Shown here: positions 1-9,321 of the stretch, piece after piece
Layout: the number at the start of each line of letters is the position of its first letter
Numbering within the stretch: position 1 is the stretch's first letter
DNA from: a virus
Lineage: Duplodnaviria > Caudoviricetes
DNA length: 55,746 bases
Reading direction: 5' to 3' (one strand)
IMG/VR virus record: IMGVR_UViG_3300033407_000020
Location: 1-55,746 of that record
Made by a program: the position numbers and the translations under genes
The notes under the pieces: model-generated
What the model was told of the DNA's origin: nothing
Databases searched by the model: none
What the model saw: the letters and a program-made list of their open reading frames with translations, nothing else

Positions 1-127
1 TCGAGGACGGCGGCGATGGCACCCAGGGCGGGGGACATCAGCACCAGCAGGTCGAGTGACGTGCCGAGCAGGGGTGCTAGGTCGCTAAAGATCGAGGCCA
101 GCGCGGGCAGCACGTTCTCAGCGAGCT
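1..127. repeat. 127-bp terminal direct repeat (assembly overlap), left copy
   Basis: Identical to 55620-55746. The tape measure ORF reads in frame across the join. Confidence 0.97.
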
Positions 128-1406
128 CCCCGAACCCTGGAATCAGATCTTCGCGGGCGAGGGTCACGAGGTCGAGCAGCGTCGGCAGCAGCTCCTGGCC
201 CGCTGCGGCGACGGCGTTCTGGAACTCGGCGGTCAGCTTGCGCTGCTGGTTCGCCAGGCCCTCGCTCGTGCGGGCGAAGTCGCCCGCCGCGATGGAGGAC
301 TGCTCGGTGATGAGCTGGTAGCGGGCCTGAAGCTTGTCGCCCTCGGTGAGCTCTTCGCCCACGGCGGCCAGGCCCAACTCGAAAGCCTTGGCCTCGACCT
401 GCGCCGCGTTGAACGAGATGCCCAGCCCACGCAACGGTTCGACCTCACCGATCAGACCCGACCGCAGCTTCTCCAGTGTCTCCTCGATACCGAGGTTGCC
501 GAACGAGGCCAAGTCCGCCGCTAGCGTGATGATCTTGGGGGATAGGTCGGTCGCGACCTGTTGCGTGACGCCGAGCGCTTGGAACAGGTTGCCGAACGTG
601 CCCGCCGCTTCGAGGGCCGCCTGCTCGGACAGGCCGATGCTGTCTGCCGCTTCGCGGGCGAACGTCTGGACGATGGGTATGCCATCCCCGAACACGGCGG
701 TCGCCTTCGACGTGGACTCAGCCAGGTTCGATGCTGCCTGCGCCGCGTCGAACAGGCCCTTAGCAATCGCGGCGGCACCGATCCCTGCGAGCGCCTGCCG
801 TAGCCGGGACGTGGCGCCAGCAGACGTGTCGGCTTCGCGGCCGAGGTCGCGCACAGCGCGTTGGGCCTGAGTGGTATCGGCCTCGACCGACACGTCCTCT
901 ATCCCGTCGAGCTGCTGCTTCAGAGTGTTGATTCGGCGGGTCGCTTCGCCGCTCTGATCGACAAGTACCCGGACCTCTTCGTTGGTCAGGCTCTCGTCGC
1001 CAAGCTGCCTTTCCAGTTGCCGAAGGGACTGCTCAGCCTGCTTGATATTCGCGGTGAGGACGATGGCTCGCTGCTCGCCCGTGAGTCCCGCGAGCCGATC
1101 TGAGATGCGCCCGAGGTCTGCTGTCGCGTTGTCATCGACATCAACGTCAACATCGACCGTGACGGAGGTATCCGCCGCGTCGAGCGCGGCATTTACCTCG
1201 CCGGTCAGCTCGGTCGCGTCCCCAGTGACGACGATGGCGGTGTCAGCGGCCTCGACTGCGCGGGTTATCTCCGGGGAGACAGTCGATACGTCGGCGCTGA
1301 TCGTGACGCTGGTGATCTGGTCGAGCGCCCGGCCCAGTTGCTCAACACGGTTGAGGGCTTGGGTGATGCTCAGCTCTAGGGTTGCGCCAAGCCCAACATC
1401 GCTCAC
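1..1406 (-). CDS. Tape measure protein, 5' part (continues at 55619-53279; about 1248 aa in total)
   Basis: GTG at 1406 overlaps the upstream TGA. Hand translation gives MSDVGLGATLELSITQ...LAADLASFGN...LRSGLIGEVEPLRGLG...GDFARTSEGLANQQR, which joins in frame to VLPALASIFSD. Not in the ORF track because it runs off the edge. Confidence 0.92.
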   Translation of the reverse strand, partial: MSDVGLGATLELSITQALNRVEQLGRALDQITSVTISADVSTVSPEITRAVEAADTAIVVTGDATELTGEVNAALDAADTSVTVDVDVDVDDNATADLGRISDRLAGLTGEQRAIVLTANIKQAEQSLRQLERQLGDESLTNEEVRVLVDQSGEATRRINTLKQQLDGIEDVSVEADTTQAQRAVRDLGREADTSAGATSRLRQALAGIGAAAIAKGLFDAAQAASNLAESTSKATAVFGDGIPIVQTFAREAADSIGLSEQAALEAAGTFGNLFQALGVTQQVATDLSPKIITLAADLASFGNLGIEETLEKLRSGLIGEVEPLRGLGISFNAAQVEAKAFELGLAAVGEELTEGDKLQARYQLITEQSSIAAGDFARTSEGLANQQRKLTAEFQNAVAAAGQELLPTLLDLVTLAREDLIPGFGELAENVLPALASIFSDLAPLLGTSLDLLVLMSPALGAIAAVL

Positions 1407-1714
1407 GCCCCGGAGGGTACCTGCCCGTCCTGGTCCGTAGCGGCAGCCTGGCTCTTCGGGACCATCGGCACATCAGGGATCACGGCGTACGCGTCCCACG
1501 CTGCGCGCTGCTGCACCAACTGCTCACCGACACCCATCAGCGCCGCGATGAGCGACAGGTCCATGCCGTCCGCCTCTGTCGGGCTGATAGGCCCGTGGTT
1601 CTGCGTGGTGCGGGCGAGCGACAGGTAGATCGGAGTGAACTCGTCAAGCGCCCCACCGGTCCGCCACGGCTCATCCATGAGCGTGCGTGGCGCGGTGGGG
1701 CTCAGCCAGGGCCC
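1403..1714 (-). CDS. Tail assembly chaperone, -1 frameshifted extension (GT-like)
   Basis: Open -1 frame (GPWLSPTAPRTLMDEPW...) between the chaperone and tape measure genes, entered at G_GGC_CCT. Confidence 0.7.
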   Translation of the reverse strand, partial: GPWLSPTAPRTLMDEPWRTGGALDEFTPIYLSLARTTQNHGPISPTEADGMDLSLIAALMGVGEQLVQQRAAWDAYAVIPDVPMVPKSQAAATDQDGQVPSGA

Positions 1715-2202
1715 GAGGGCACCGACCGCCAATGGTTGAGGCAGCGGTTCGGTAGACCAGGGTCGAGGATCCACGCCGGGTAGTGCATGGCGTCGGGCAC
1801 GTCGTCCAGCGCCAGGGTGGAGAACACGAGCGCCCACCAGCCAAGCGTCTGCTCCTCGCGGGCCGCGTCCATCTTCTGCGCGCTCGACCTGTCGCGCGCC
1901 CGTATCTCAGCCAGCTCCTGCGCGTGGTCCTCGTTGCTGACCTCCTTGGCCTGCAGTCGGTCGGACAGCGCGGTGGCCTCTGCCTGGAGGTCGCGCCCCT
2001 CCGCGGTGACGCTGGCAGCGAGCCCGGCGAGCTCGTCCTGCGCGTCCTGTAGGGCGAGGCGTATCTCTTTCAGCTCCCCGAGGAACGGGCGGCGGACGCG
2101 CACGGTCTTGCCCTCAGAGAAGTGGAATCTGATGATGCCGTTGGTAACGAACTCCAGGCCGTCAGTGACGGGCTCTGGCGCGGTGGGTGCGGTGTCGGTC
2201 AT
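1702..2202 (-). CDS. Tail assembly chaperone (G-like)
   Basis: Lies before the tape measure gene. Slippery heptamer near the stop. TAAGGT 6 nt before the ATG. Confidence 0.75.
   Translation of the reverse strand: MTDTAPTAPEPVTDGLEFVTNGIIRFHFSEGKTVRVRRPFLGELKEIRLALQDAQDELAGLAASVTAEGRDLQAEATALSDRLQAKEVSNEDHAQELAEIRARDRSSAQKMDAAREEQTLGWWALVFSTLALDDVPDAMHYPAWILDPGLPNRCLNHWRSVPSGPG
1708..1714 (-). other. -1 ribosomal frameshift slippery site GGGCCCT
   Basis: X_XXY_YYZ in the correct phase (TCG GGC CCT GGC TGA). The -1 frame stays open to the tape measure start. Confidence 0.7.
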
Positions 2203-2230
2203 GCCGCAACCTTAGTCACCTACCCTCACG

Positions 2231-2656
2231 TCACGGGCGGAACCGCGTTTTCAGAGCCGCGTACTTCAGTGATGGGCCCCAGGTGGCTCGCACCGCCCGC
2301 TCCCACCAAGGCTTCGCCTTGTTGCCGGGGTGGTTGACGTGGCGGAAGTGCACGGTCCGGCCGTGCCACACGAACACGAGCACACCGCCAGCCCGCTTGG
2401 GGCGGATCACATGCGGCGGCGAACCCTGATCCGTGGTGCGGGCCTGCACAACCGGGGCGACAACACGGCCTTTCACACGGTCCGCGGCGAACGACGTGAT
2501 GCGATGGTCGCGACGGATCGAGCGGCGCAGCTCACCCGTGTCGATGGGTGCGTAGGGCCGGATCCGGTCCGGCATGTCGTCCAGTGCGGCGCTGTGCACG
2601 TCGCGCGCCCAGCGCCCCACCGCCGTGCGTAGCCGGACGGTGTTGACGGCAGCCAT
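2231..2656 (-). CDS. Neck/tail completion protein (HK97 gp10-like)
   Basis: APIDTGELRRSI, PHVIRPK...LVF and VNHPG motifs. Position in the tail operon. Confidence 0.75.
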   Translation of the reverse strand: MAAVNTVRLRTAVGRWARDVHSAALDDMPDRIRPYAPIDTGELRRSIRRDHRITSFAADRVKGRVVAPVVQARTTDQGSPPHVIRPKRAGGVLVFVWHGRTVHFRHVNHPGNKAKPWWERAVRATWGPSLKYAALKTRFRP

Positions 2657-3189
2657 CAGAAGGCGTCGCTCAGCGACACCGCGACCCGGAGCGTGCCGCC
2701 GCCGACGCCGCCCTGAGCGTTCTCGTTGACCCAGCGCAGGAACGCCACCGACCCGCAGCCCGGCAGCGTCCCGGCCCGTTCCCCTGAGAGCAGCGCGTTG
2801 AACATGAGCACGGCGTCCTCGTATATCTCGCGGGCGCTAGCTGTCTCCTCCGCTGCGCTAGGGATCTGCGGGCTGTGCCCCTCGCCGCCCACCGTGGGCA
2901 CGCACCGGATGATCGTCACCGCGAGCACCGCCGCGCGCATGGCGTGCCCGGCGTCCCCGAGCAGGGCGTTGGGGTTCTCCTGTAGCGGGTTGCCTTCGAT
3001 CCCGTACGTCGACTCCACGAACACGGTGACCTGCCCGTCGCAGTGACCCTCGTCGGTGGCATCGAACGCGGGGAGCCCGTTGGCGACGTAGCGGCGCTCG
3101 GGCAAGTCCTGACCCTCAGCGGTGTAGTAGTCCACTACGGCGTCGAGGCACGCCTGCGCTACGTCGAAGAGGCGCGTTGTCGGGATCAC
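2656..3189 (-). CDS. Tail terminator-like protein
   Basis: GTG at 3189 overlaps the upstream stop. TIIRC and QGGVGG motifs. Position before the neck and chaperone genes. Confidence 0.6.
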   Translation of the reverse strand: MIPTTRLFDVAQACLDAVVDYYTAEGQDLPERRYVANGLPAFDATDEGHCDGQVTVFVESTYGIEGNPLQENPNALLGDAGHAMRAAVLAVTIIRCVPTVGGEGHSPQIPSAAEETASAREIYEDAVLMFNALLSGERAGTLPGCGSVAFLRWVNENAQGGVGGGTLRVAVSLSDAF

Positions 3190-4184
3190 GACGGCAACGG
3201 TACTTGCATGATGGCGGCGGCTGCGCGCTCCGCTGCCCGCCCATCGGTGTGCGCGTACACGGAGGCGACCATGCGGGCCTGCGCGGCGGCGTGCCGTTCC
3301 GGGTGGTCGAGCACCGTGAGCACAGTCGGTACCAGCTGCTCGGGCTCTTCGACGTGAGGCATCCCCTGCACCCAAGACCAGAAGCGACCGCCATGATCCA
3401 CGTCGCGCCGCCACCACGGCGCCGACACCCAGATGATCGGCTTGCGCGTCGAGGCGAACTCGGGGCCCGTGCTGCTGTTGTCCACGACGAGCACATCGGC
3501 CTCGTCCATGACCGCAGCGAAGTCCTCGACGGCGCGCACACCCATGCGCGCCCAGTCGGTGCGGTACTGCCGCCACCAGCGCGGGTGCCCGTGACCGACG
3601 AGCTCAGCGCCACGAGCAGCGAGCGCGTCGCGCAGGTCAGGCATGACCGGGCGGTAGTGCGACCAGGCCGTCCCCGCCTCGGGGCACAGGCTGTTCGGCC
3701 AGTGCATAGCGACCGCTACGCGCAGCGGGCCGGACTGTCGATTCGCGAAATCGCGATTCGCGATTCGCGATTCGCGATTCCAGCGGTCCAACTTCGCGCA
3801 CCCCGCCACGACCGTCCGCGCCTCCGGGTAGCGGGCCAGCCAGCGCTGCGCTGATGACTCGCTCGGGCACACGAACAGGCGCACCTGCTCCATGCCGTTG
3901 CCCCCGGCGTAGGACGGGTGCCGGGCCGCAGTCTCGTCGCCGTGGTAGCTCTGATCGGCGCCGTGGCTCACGAGCACGCACGGCACGCCGGGCCCGAGGC
4001 GCTGCACGTCCGACGCCCCAGCGACGAGCCACAGATGCCCGGAGCGGTCCTCGCGCCCGAGCGGGCGACCCCAGGGGCGGCGCATCGGCGCCCACCACTC
4101 CCCGAACACTCCGGGTGGCAGCGCCTCCACGATGGGCGCCAGGTGCTCCCGGTAGTGCGGCAAGCTGGCGTACGCCTGGATCAC
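3186..4184 (-). CDS. TagB/TagF-like CDP-glycerol glycerophosphotransferase / GT-B fold transferase
   Basis: SHG, GCAKLD, GHP and ADVLVVDNSSTGPEFASTRKPII motifs match the Glyphos_transf pattern. Confidence 0.7.
   Translation of the reverse strand: MIQAYASLPHYREHLAPIVEALPPGVFGEWWAPMRRPWGRPLGREDRSGHLWLVAGASDVQRLGPGVPCVLVSHGADQSYHGDETAARHPSYAGGNGMEQVRLFVCPSESSAQRWLARYPEARTVVAGCAKLDRWNRESRIANRDFANRQSGPLRVAVAMHWPNSLCPEAGTAWSHYRPVMPDLRDALAARGAELVGHGHPRWWRQYRTDWARMGVRAVEDFAAVMDEADVLVVDNSSTGPEFASTRKPIIWVSAPWWRRDVDHGGRFWSWVQGMPHVEEPEQLVPTVLTVLDHPERHAAAQARMVASVYAHTDGRAAERAAAAIMQVPLPS
3739..3780. repeat. Heptamer tandem repeat (CGATTCG)n inside the TagF-like gene
   Basis: Reads cgattcg cgaaatcg cgattcg cgattcg cgattcg cgattc. 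Confidence 0.9.
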
Positions 4185-4272
4185 GAACCCTCCCTAGCGT
4201 CCCACGAGGCGCCCCCAGGTTGCCCCAGGCGCTCCCGAGCGGGCCGCGTGGGCGCGGATAGCCACCGATCCG

Positions 4273-4755
4273 CTACGGGGCTTGTAGCGCTGCCAGCAGC
4301 GTCTTGCGCTGGGCGCCCTCCGGGGCTGACTCCAGCTCGACCATCGCCCGAGCACGCACCGGGTCGCCGCCCACCCAATCCAGCACGCTCGCCACGTTCC
4401 CACCGATCCGGCCCGCAGCCTCTTCCAGCGCCGCCAGGTACGCCGCCTCCCTGGCCTGCGCGTCCGCGTCCTCCTGGGTCGTCGTGCCGTGCTCGTACTC
4501 TGCGCGCCCGTCGAGGATCAGCGCGCGCAGCCGGTCGTCCGGGGCGTGCGCCAACTCGTCGCGGTGGCGGCGCGTGAAGCAGTCCGGGTCCGTGCAGTCA
4601 TCCGGGTCGAGGTCATCCCAGGTGCGGGCCACTGCTGCGAGCTCGTCCGGGGTGGCGCCGAGGTCGCGCAGGCGGGACAGGAACTGGTCGAGCTCGCCAC
4701 GGATCTCGCTGGCCGCATAGCGGGGCGGGCCAGCTGGCTGGTATGGGTCTGGCAT
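4273..4755 (-). CDS. Hypothetical phage protein
   Basis: TAGGCT 7 nt before the ATG. C-terminal VLDWVGGDPVRA...RKTLL motif recalled from actinophage structural-region proteins. Confidence 0.7.
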   Translation of the reverse strand: MPDPYQPAGPPRYAASEIRGELDQFLSRLRDLGATPDELAAVARTWDDLDPDDCTDPDCFTRRHRDELAHAPDDRLRALILDGRAEYEHGTTTQEDADAQAREAAYLAALEEAAGRIGGNVASVLDWVGGDPVRARAMVELESAPEGAQRKTLLAALQAP

Positions 4756-4773
4756 GGCGCGGAGCCTACGCGG

Positions 4774-5898
4774 TCACACCAGGGACCGCAGGATCGCCTC
4801 GGCCAGCAGCGGCGGCACGGCGTTGCCGACCTGCTGAAACTGCTTCGTGCGGCTCCCAACCCAGGGATACCCGTCAGGGAAGGACTGCAAGCGTGCCGCT
4901 TCCTCCAGTGTGACGCGCACGCTGCCGGGGGTGTCCTGCCGGGGCGGGTCGCCTGGCTTGCGGTAGCCGGGTGCCGCGACGATCTCGGGGTGGAACGAGC
5001 CGACGATGGTGGTCGAAGGCCGCTCCCACACCCATGACGCTGCATCATGGCCGAACGCGATCACCGGAGCCGCTTCGGTCACAGGATCATGCAGTCGCCG
5101 GTTGACTGACTTACCCTGCCGCAGCCATCGGCCTTCGGCTATCTCCCGCTGGAGCACGAGACTCGACCCATGAGTGTCTGAGCCCCACATGCGACCATCG
5201 CCTGACTTCCCAGCGTGCAATGTCGGTGCCGGGCGGGCGTCCGCTCCCCATTCCAGCGCCTCGGCCATCGTGACGTACATCGGCAGGCCGAACAGGTCAT
5301 CCGGCACTGGCCCTTTGCGGCGAGGGTCGTAGCCACGGTGCGTCGGGGGCGGCGCTGTGACCCGGCGCGAGGCGTGGGCCATGAGCACAGCGCGCTTGCG
5401 GACCTGCGGCACTCCGTACCGCTCCGAGCTCAGCACACCGGCCCATGCGCTGTAGCCCCCGCCGCGCAGCCAGTGCGCGTACGCCTTCCACAACGGCAGC
5501 ACCGCGGGCGCCTGCTCCATCGCCACCCACTCGGGGTGCAGCACGTCGATCCAGCGGCCTGGTTCCAGCGACAACCAGACCAGCGGGTCCGGGCTGGGGC
5601 GTGCCAGCCAGTCCCCGTCGTGCGCCGCCTGCACCAGTGCTGCGATGTGCTCGCGCCCCTCACCCTTCCCGGCCTGGCTGAACGCTGGGCACGGCGGGCT
5701 GGCGATGACACCAGCGACGCGCCCAGCGAACGCTTCGGGCGGGTAGTCAGCGACGCTCGCACGGATCGTGAGATGCCCCGCCGCGGCCCTTGTCTGGCAC
5801 GCGGCCTTGTCCCATTCGATGCCGACCGTGGTGCGTCCCAGCCGTCGTGCTGCCACGTCCCAGCCGCCCGGCCCACCGAAGAGGTCTACGTCGATCAC
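4774..5898 (-). CDS. DNA (cytosine-5)-methyltransferase
   Basis: DLFGGPGG, SPPC, YGVPQVRKR, EAARLQSFP and QVGNAVPP motifs. Confidence 0.95.
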   Translation of the reverse strand: MIDVDLFGGPGGWDVAARRLGRTTVGIEWDKAACQTRAAAGHLTIRASVADYPPEAFAGRVAGVIASPPCPAFSQAGKGEGREHIAALVQAAHDGDWLARPSPDPLVWLSLEPGRWIDVLHPEWVAMEQAPAVLPLWKAYAHWLRGGGYSAWAGVLSSERYGVPQVRKRAVLMAHASRRVTAPPPTHRGYDPRRKGPVPDDLFGLPMYVTMAEALEWGADARPAPTLHAGKSGDGRMWGSDTHGSSLVLQREIAEGRWLRQGKSVNRRLHDPVTEAAPVIAFGHDAASWVWERPSTTIVGSFHPEIVAAPGYRKPGDPPRQDTPGSVRVTLEEAARLQSFPDGYPWVGSRTKQFQQVGNAVPPLLAEAILRSLV

Positions 5899-5907
5899 GC
5901 CGCTACC

Positions 5908-6945
5908 TTAGCGCGCTTTAGCGACTCCCGCCGCGTCGCCCAGCCCTGCCCGGTAGATGCCCTCCAGCGCCGACCAGCGGTGAGCCTCGGCCCACGCCAG
6001 CGACGCCTCCTGCTGGGTCCGCAGCGCCTCCCCGTCCACAGCCAGCCGGTCGAGGCTGAGAGCGAGCTCTCGTGGCATGGCTGAGTGGAGGCGCAGCTCG
6101 CCAGCCGCGGTTCTGAGCGACCCAGAGGATCGCACCGGGACACGCAGCGTGGGCCACCAGTCGTTGGGCGCGCAGTCCGACATGACCACGGCCAGGCCCG
6201 AGGCCATCGCCTCCTGCGCTGGGAGGCAGAGCCCGCCGTAGCGGCGTGGCAGCACGAGCACGTCGGCGTCCTCGTAGAGCGTCCAGTAGTCGGCCCGCCC
6301 TCCCGGTTCGCAGTCGAGGTCGACGTGGCGCGGCACACTGGCGCGCGGCAGCAGGCGATCCTGTGTGAGCATCCGTACGCGCATCGGCTGGCGCACGGAG
6401 CGCAGCGCCTGGAGCAGCAGCGTCGTGCCGTTGCGGTCAGCAGCAGCGCGGTGCCCGGCGACGTGCAGCACCCTGAGCGGGCCGTCGCGCTCGGGCACCG
6501 TGAACGGGAAGCGGTCGTCGGCCACGGGCACCGGGACGAGCTGCGTATGGGCGGGCAGGTGCTCCATGCGCCACGGCGTCGGCACCCACAGAGCGTCAGC
6601 GGGCGGCGGCTCAGCCTGGTTGTAGAACTCGGGCATGACCGCCAGGACCGTCGCGCACCCGGCCTCGCTCGCCCACCCGTAGAAGCGCGGGTCGTAGGCA
6701 GTCTCAGCCAGGTACACGACATCGAGCCCTGCCAGGAACTCGCGGCAGGCGGCCTCGGCCAACCCGCCCTCGTAGGTCACGACCGCTGCGCCGGGGTAGC
6801 GGTCCAGCTGCGCGGGGAAGCCCTTGGCCTCGGCGCCTGGTTCGCGCACGACGAGCGTGCGGTCGGGGTGCAGCGCCCGGTAGAGCTCGTGCGTCATGCG
6901 GCCCAGGCCGCGCTCGTCCGCGCGGGCAACGAGGCCCCAGATCAC
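5908..6945 (-). CDS. Glycosyltransferase, GT-B (GT4-like)
   Basis: ADVLVLPRRYGGLCLPAQEAMASGLAVV. GTG start overlaps the upstream stop. Confidence 0.9.
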   Translation of the reverse strand: MIWGLVARADERGLGRMTHELYRALHPDRTLVVREPGAEAKGFPAQLDRYPGAAVVTYEGGLAEAACREFLAGLDVVYLAETAYDPRFYGWASEAGCATVLAVMPEFYNQAEPPPADALWVPTPWRMEHLPAHTQLVPVPVADDRFPFTVPERDGPLRVLHVAGHRAAADRNGTTLLLQALRSVRQPMRVRMLTQDRLLPRASVPRHVDLDCEPGGRADYWTLYEDADVLVLPRRYGGLCLPAQEAMASGLAVVMSDCAPNDWWPTLRVPVRSSGSLRTAAGELRLHSAMPRELALSLDRLAVDGEALRTQQEASLAWAEAHRWSALEGIYRAGLGDAAGVAKAR

Positions 6946-7388
6946 GACGCCCACTTGGCGTCGGCGTCCTCGACGGGTTCGCTCAACGGCAGCGGCGGGC
7001 GCCCCAGCCACCGCCACAGGCTCTCCATGACAGTCTCGGGGTCGGCTACCAGCGCCTCGTAGACCAGCCAGCGCCAGCGACGCGCTCTGCGCTGGAGCCA
7101 CGCGAAGATCCGTTCGTACGCCTCCATGACCTCCTCCTCGGCGCGTGCCGGGTCCGGTTCGTGCCGCACGACCTTGCTCGCCATCATCGGGCCCCAGGCC
7201 CGGATGGTCACGACCACGGCGTCCGGTGTCGCGCCGCGCAGCTCACGGTCGGTCGGCCAGTGCCGTTCATCCAACCCGCCGTGGGGCATCGAGTAGTGGA
7301 CGACTTTCAGCTTGCTGTCCGCGCTGAGCAGCCGGGCCGTGAGATGCCCGCCCGTCGATTCGCCGCCCAGGACGAGCACCTGCATCAC
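6942..7388 (-). CDS. Sulfotransferase-like protein
   Basis: N-terminal VLGGESTGGHLTARLL (PAPS-binding loop-like), R...S motif and YEALVADPE. Confidence 0.7.
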   Translation of the reverse strand: MMQVLVLGGESTGGHLTARLLSADSKLKVVHYSMPHGGLDERHWPTDRELRGATPDAVVVTIRAWGPMMASKVVRHEPDPARAEEEVMEAYERIFAWLQRRARRWRWLVYEALVADPETVMESLWRWLGRPPLPLSEPVEDADAKWAS

Positions 7389-8116
7389 AGGCCCAACCCG
7401 TAGCGCTCGATCAGATCCTCTCTAGAGGCAGGCGCCCACCAGTCGAGCGGCAGGCTGGGGTCATCGAAGGGGTGCGTGAACCGCTCGCTGTCGGGCGGGC
7501 AGCCGCCCCACTTGGATGCGTAGTAGCCCTGGTGGGCGTCGAAGTTGACGACGGTACGCCCAGGGTTGACTGCGAGCAGCCGGTCGTAGCCGCGCCCGTC
7601 GCGCGCCTCGCCGCCGACCTCCACAGTCGGGAGAGCGGGGCGCCCCGATGCGAGAGCGAGCCGGTAGCGCCACTCGGTGTCCTCGTAGTAGGCGGGGAAG
7701 AACCCCTCGTCCCACAGTCCGGCGAGGTCGAACGCGGCGGCGTGCAGCGCGACGGCGTGCCACTGGCATGGCATCCCGACCACGCCGAGCTCGTCGCTGG
7801 CGGCGGCTTCGACTAGGCGCATCCCGCCGTCCGGGCCGAACAGCATCGACGTGGACACCCACAGCAGCAGATCGTCGCCGCGCTCCCGCATCCGGGTGAC
7901 GCCCAGGTTCATGGAGCGGGCCACCCCGATGTTGCGGCGCGGCAGGTAGTCGCGCTCATGGGTGTGCGGCGGGGGGCGGTGCAGCTCGCCCGGCATGTTG
8001 CGGAGGCCACGGTCTGTCTGGTCGATGACGAACAGAGCGCGCTGTAGCTCGGGGTGCATCGACGCGACGCACGACCTGGCGCGGGCAGCGTCCAGCACTG
8101 GCAGGACGACGATCAT
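7385..8116 (-). CDS. Glycosyltransferase, GT-A (GT2-like)
   Basis: NIGVARSMNLG and GLWDEGFFPAYYEDTEWRYR. Confidence 0.85.
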   Translation of the reverse strand: MIVVLPVLDAARARSCVASMHPELQRALFVIDQTDRGLRNMPGELHRPPPHTHERDYLPRRNIGVARSMNLGVTRMRERGDDLLLWVSTSMLFGPDGGMRLVEAAASDELGVVGMPCQWHAVALHAAAFDLAGLWDEGFFPAYYEDTEWRYRLALASGRPALPTVEVGGEARDGRGYDRLLAVNPGRTVVNFDAHQGYYASKWGGCPPDSERFTHPFDDPSLPLDWWAPASREDLIERYGLGL

Positions 8117-8604
8117 TTGGCAGACCTCTTTCGCCCCCGAATGCACCTAGCGCACTCCGACTGATGCCCGTCCTTCGTCAAGCGGTTGCGGCTGAACTGA
8201 TCGAGCGGGAGCATCCGCTTGCATCTGCTGCACCACTTCATCCCCGTGGGAGCACCCCGGTTCCTCCCCCGACGTTCTGCTCTGGGCATATCCATCCGCG
8301 GCTTGCGACGGGCGAGGGCCGCACGGATGTCGTCAGCGGTGATTCCCAGCACCTCCATCGAGCGTTCAGATCTAGTAAGGATCTTGGAACCCCAGAGCAC
8401 GACGAGTGCATCTGCCTTCGCTGCGGTAGCCACCTCGGCGTGAGTGAGTCGGCGTTGACGAACGGGGCTACCGGTCCGGTGCCACCGTTGATAGTGCTTG
8501 GCGCACATGCCACGGCACGAGGCCGCTGTGTCACACCCATCGACCAGGCACGGACCTTCCCAGCCGATGTGCAGTCCCATCTGGCTCTCGACTTCGCGGT
8601 ACAC
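8113..8604 (-). CDS. Zn-finger DNA-binding protein (HNH-associated domains, no nuclease motif seen)
   Basis: CLVDGC...RGMCAKHYQRW and KWCSRCK...F...KDG...CARC. Has its own CTAA-GCTAAGGT promoter motif. Confidence 0.65.
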   Translation of the reverse strand: MYREVESQMGLHIGWEGPCLVDGCDTAASCRGMCAKHYQRWHRTGSPVRQRRLTHAEVATAAKADALVVLWGSKILTRSERSMEVLGITADDIRAALARRKPRMDMPRAERRGRNRGAPTGMKWCSRCKRMLPLDQFSRNRLTKDGHQSECARCIRGRKRSAK

Positions 8605-8625
8605 GTCGACCGACCTTAGCGCAGT

Positions 8626-9321
8626 TTAGCCTCGCCGTAGGAACCCGTTGGGCGCGCAGGTCAGCAGCAGGCGTTCCATCGCCCGGTCGGCGTACCAGTC
8701 CGGGTTGCGGGCCAGCCACTCATCGACCGCCTCACGCGGGCCAGGCCCCCACTCAGGGATCACCTCGTGCCCCAGGTCTGTGTCCTCGACCACGATGACC
8801 GTCGCAAGCGGGCCGTACGCCTGAAGCTCTGCGAGGACGTGGGGGGCGGTGTGATCAGAGTCGAGGATCACGAGCACCGGGCCAGGGTCAGCCTGGCACG
8901 CCAAGTCCACCATCCCAACCACGTGCGTGTCGACGCTGGAGCCCTTGATGTAGCGCAAGCGCGGATGGGTTGGGCGCATCTGGCCTCGCGGGTCGGGGCC
9001 GATGTCGTCGGTGTCGTGGATGTCGATGGCGATGACCTGCCCCTGGCCGAGCAACTCCAGCATGTGCGCCAGGAACAGCGACGAACCGCCCCGGTAGACG
9101 CCGCACTCGATGATGACCGTGGGCCGCAGCGCGTGGATCAGCTCGGCGTAGATCACCATGTCAGTCGGTGCCTTCCAGCACTCGTGGCCCCACCAGGTGA
9201 CCGAGGCGTAGCGGTCGGTGTCGTACCAGAACCGATGAAAGTCGGCCACGATGCTGACGGCCCGGCCTCGTGCCCACTCTGCGGTCGGGTACCTCTGGGC
9301 CAAGGCTTCAGGGTCTATCAC
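8626..9321 (-). CDS. CmcI-family (rhamnosyl-type) O-methyltransferase
   Basis: KAPTD, IIECGVYRGGS, GSS, VILDSDH, VVEDT and GPREAV motifs. Confidence 0.88.
   Translation of the reverse strand: MIDPEALAQRYPTAEWARGRAVSIVADFHRFWYDTDRYASVTWWGHECWKAPTDMVIYAELIHALRPTVIIECGVYRGGSSLFLAHMLELLGQGQVIAIDIHDTDDIGPDPRGQMRPTHPRLRYIKGSSVDTHVVGMVDLACQADPGPVLVILDSDHTAPHVLAELQAYGPLATVIVVEDTDLGHEVIPEWGPGPREAVDEWLARNPDWYADRAMERLLLTCAPNGFLRRG

Noticed and set aside
1-127. Terminal repeat as a biological DTR or att site
   Set aside because: It is exactly 127 bp, a common assembler k-mer length, and lies mid-gene in the tape measure, so it is best read as a circularisation overlap.
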